A stretch of 64,000 nt of DNA. Source: Eledone cirrhosa (taxonomy: Eukaryota). The stretch lies in NCBI GenBank assembly GCA_964016885.1, contig OZ024749.1:744001-808000 (forward strand), written 5' to 3'. Below are positions 62,398 through 64,000 of this stretch, piece by piece. Under the pieces are notes generated by a model that saw only the letters and a list, made by a program, of their open reading frames with translations, ran no database searches and had not been told where the DNA came from. Position 1 is the stretch's first letter. Each line of letters begins with the position of its first letter. Made by a program: the position numbers and the translations under genes.

Positions 62398-64000
62398 GGA
62401 GAATCAGACAAGATATTTTCGTTTTCTTATTTCGGACTTTAAAATAAGGTACCAGTCGCGTTCTAGGGCCAATTTAATCGACTTTCCATCCCTTCTCATA
62501 CTGCTGACCTTGTGCATACATTATTTATTTCATCCTTTCATTACCTTATTTTCAACAAAATACACAGCTTATGATTTACAAATAATTTTGAAAATTATCA
62601 AGAATTTGTGAGGTAATTAGAATGAGTAAAAAAAACCGAGTTTCACATGAAATTATGATGGGGGATTTAAATAAATATAAACACTTTAAAATAAGGTTTT
62701 ATCAGGGACGATTCAATCGATTTTCCACCCTGAAAATGTCTGGCCTTGTGCCCTAATTATAAATTATTCTCTTTCTAGTATCCGTTTACTATAAATTTCA
62801 TTGCCTAGATTTTTCTAACTTTCGTATGTTTTTAACTTTATAATTGTTTCTACTTTTGGCACAAGGCCAGCAATTACCCCAGTGCATTACTGGTACTTTA
62901 TTTTATCGATCCCGTAAGGATGAAAGGCAAAGTTAACCTCGGCGGGATTTGAACTGAGTCCGTAAAGGGACGTAACTGTGCGTCAAAGCATGGCGTCCGA
63001 CCCTCTACCGATACTGCCAATTCACCATTTTATAATGAAAGTTATATAACATTTAATACAAAACATGCGCCCGCACTAAGTTATAGGAAAATATTAAGTT
63101 AAGTAAAATTTTAGTTTTCAGTGGAAATCGAGTTTTTTTCTCCCCTAGTTTTAAAACATTATCTTAAAGAAATTAAGACAAAGTAAACGGATAACAAAAA
63201 TAAATCGGAAAAAAAATTAAAACATACTACAACAGGGAATGCAGGAGGTGCCCCTTAAACATGTTTCGAGGGAACAAAACACTGGCGAGACTGAAGTGTT
63301 GGAATAGCCAAGTACCCTCATGTTATTAGACAAGTGGATGAGTCAGAAAGATAGGAAATACTTATTACCCTCTAAAAATATTGAGGCAACACGAAACATA
63401 TTACCGCAAGTGATAGCGAGACTGAGGTCCAATAAACAGTCAAGCACCCTCACAAACTAGGTGATACTTCAGAGACGAGAGCCGCCAACGGGGACAAAAG
63501 ACTTATTTGTTTTTTTTTTAATTCCTAAATTAAAGTTATTTGAGAGGATTACAAGTTAAAGTGTCTAATTGTTTCAACTTTAGGCACAAGGCAAGCAATT
63601 TAAGGGGAGGGGAAAGTCGATTAAATCGCCCAGTGCTTTATTTCACCGACCCTCTAAGTATGAAAAGTAAAGCTAATCCGGGATTTGAACTCATATAATA
63701 GCTGGACAAGGGATGGTGACTAATGAAAAATTCACCCAAGCATTTTCCTGTTTGAACTAATTTATTCCAGAGTATTGACGACAGCTGCGGAGGTATTTTT
63801 CTAGAGCTGACCAACAAGACTGTCCTTTTTATACCAAATTCCCTTTAAATCACATAAGATAGGATCACAACAGGGATGTCTTTAATTGTGGGACAATCTC
63901 GGGCTAAATGTTCGCTTTATCTATAGACCTCCAAGTTTTAATATTTCATGTTAAAGAATTACAAACCATTTATAAAATTATGAATGGTTGAGCACACATT

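Overview
Eukaryotic, repeat-rich genomic DNA. The SINE and RTE families look like those of octopus/coleoid cephalopods (inference). One host gene can be reconstructed on the minus strand: SKP2 (F-box/LRR substrate receptor of SCF). It has 10 well-supported phase-compatible GT-AG exons from 54917 down to the stop at 17771, plus a candidate 5-nt first coding exon at 62393-62397 (about 450 aa in total, over about 45 kb). The introns and 3' flank are filled with decayed and often nested mobile elements: RTE LINEs, a Tx1/L1-like and an R4/Dong-like LINE, two Penelope-like elements, two non-autonomous tRNA-Trp-primed LTR families, deleted piggyBac, Tigger, Tc1/mariner and Helitron copies, many tRNA-SINEs and several minisatellites. 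Most notable observations: several type I hammerhead ribozyme motifs (the intact ones antisense to SKP2), a SINE copy with an ADAR-like A>G hypermutation signature, inverted repeats flanking the F-box exon, and a locally templated insertion. All alignments and folds were done by eye.
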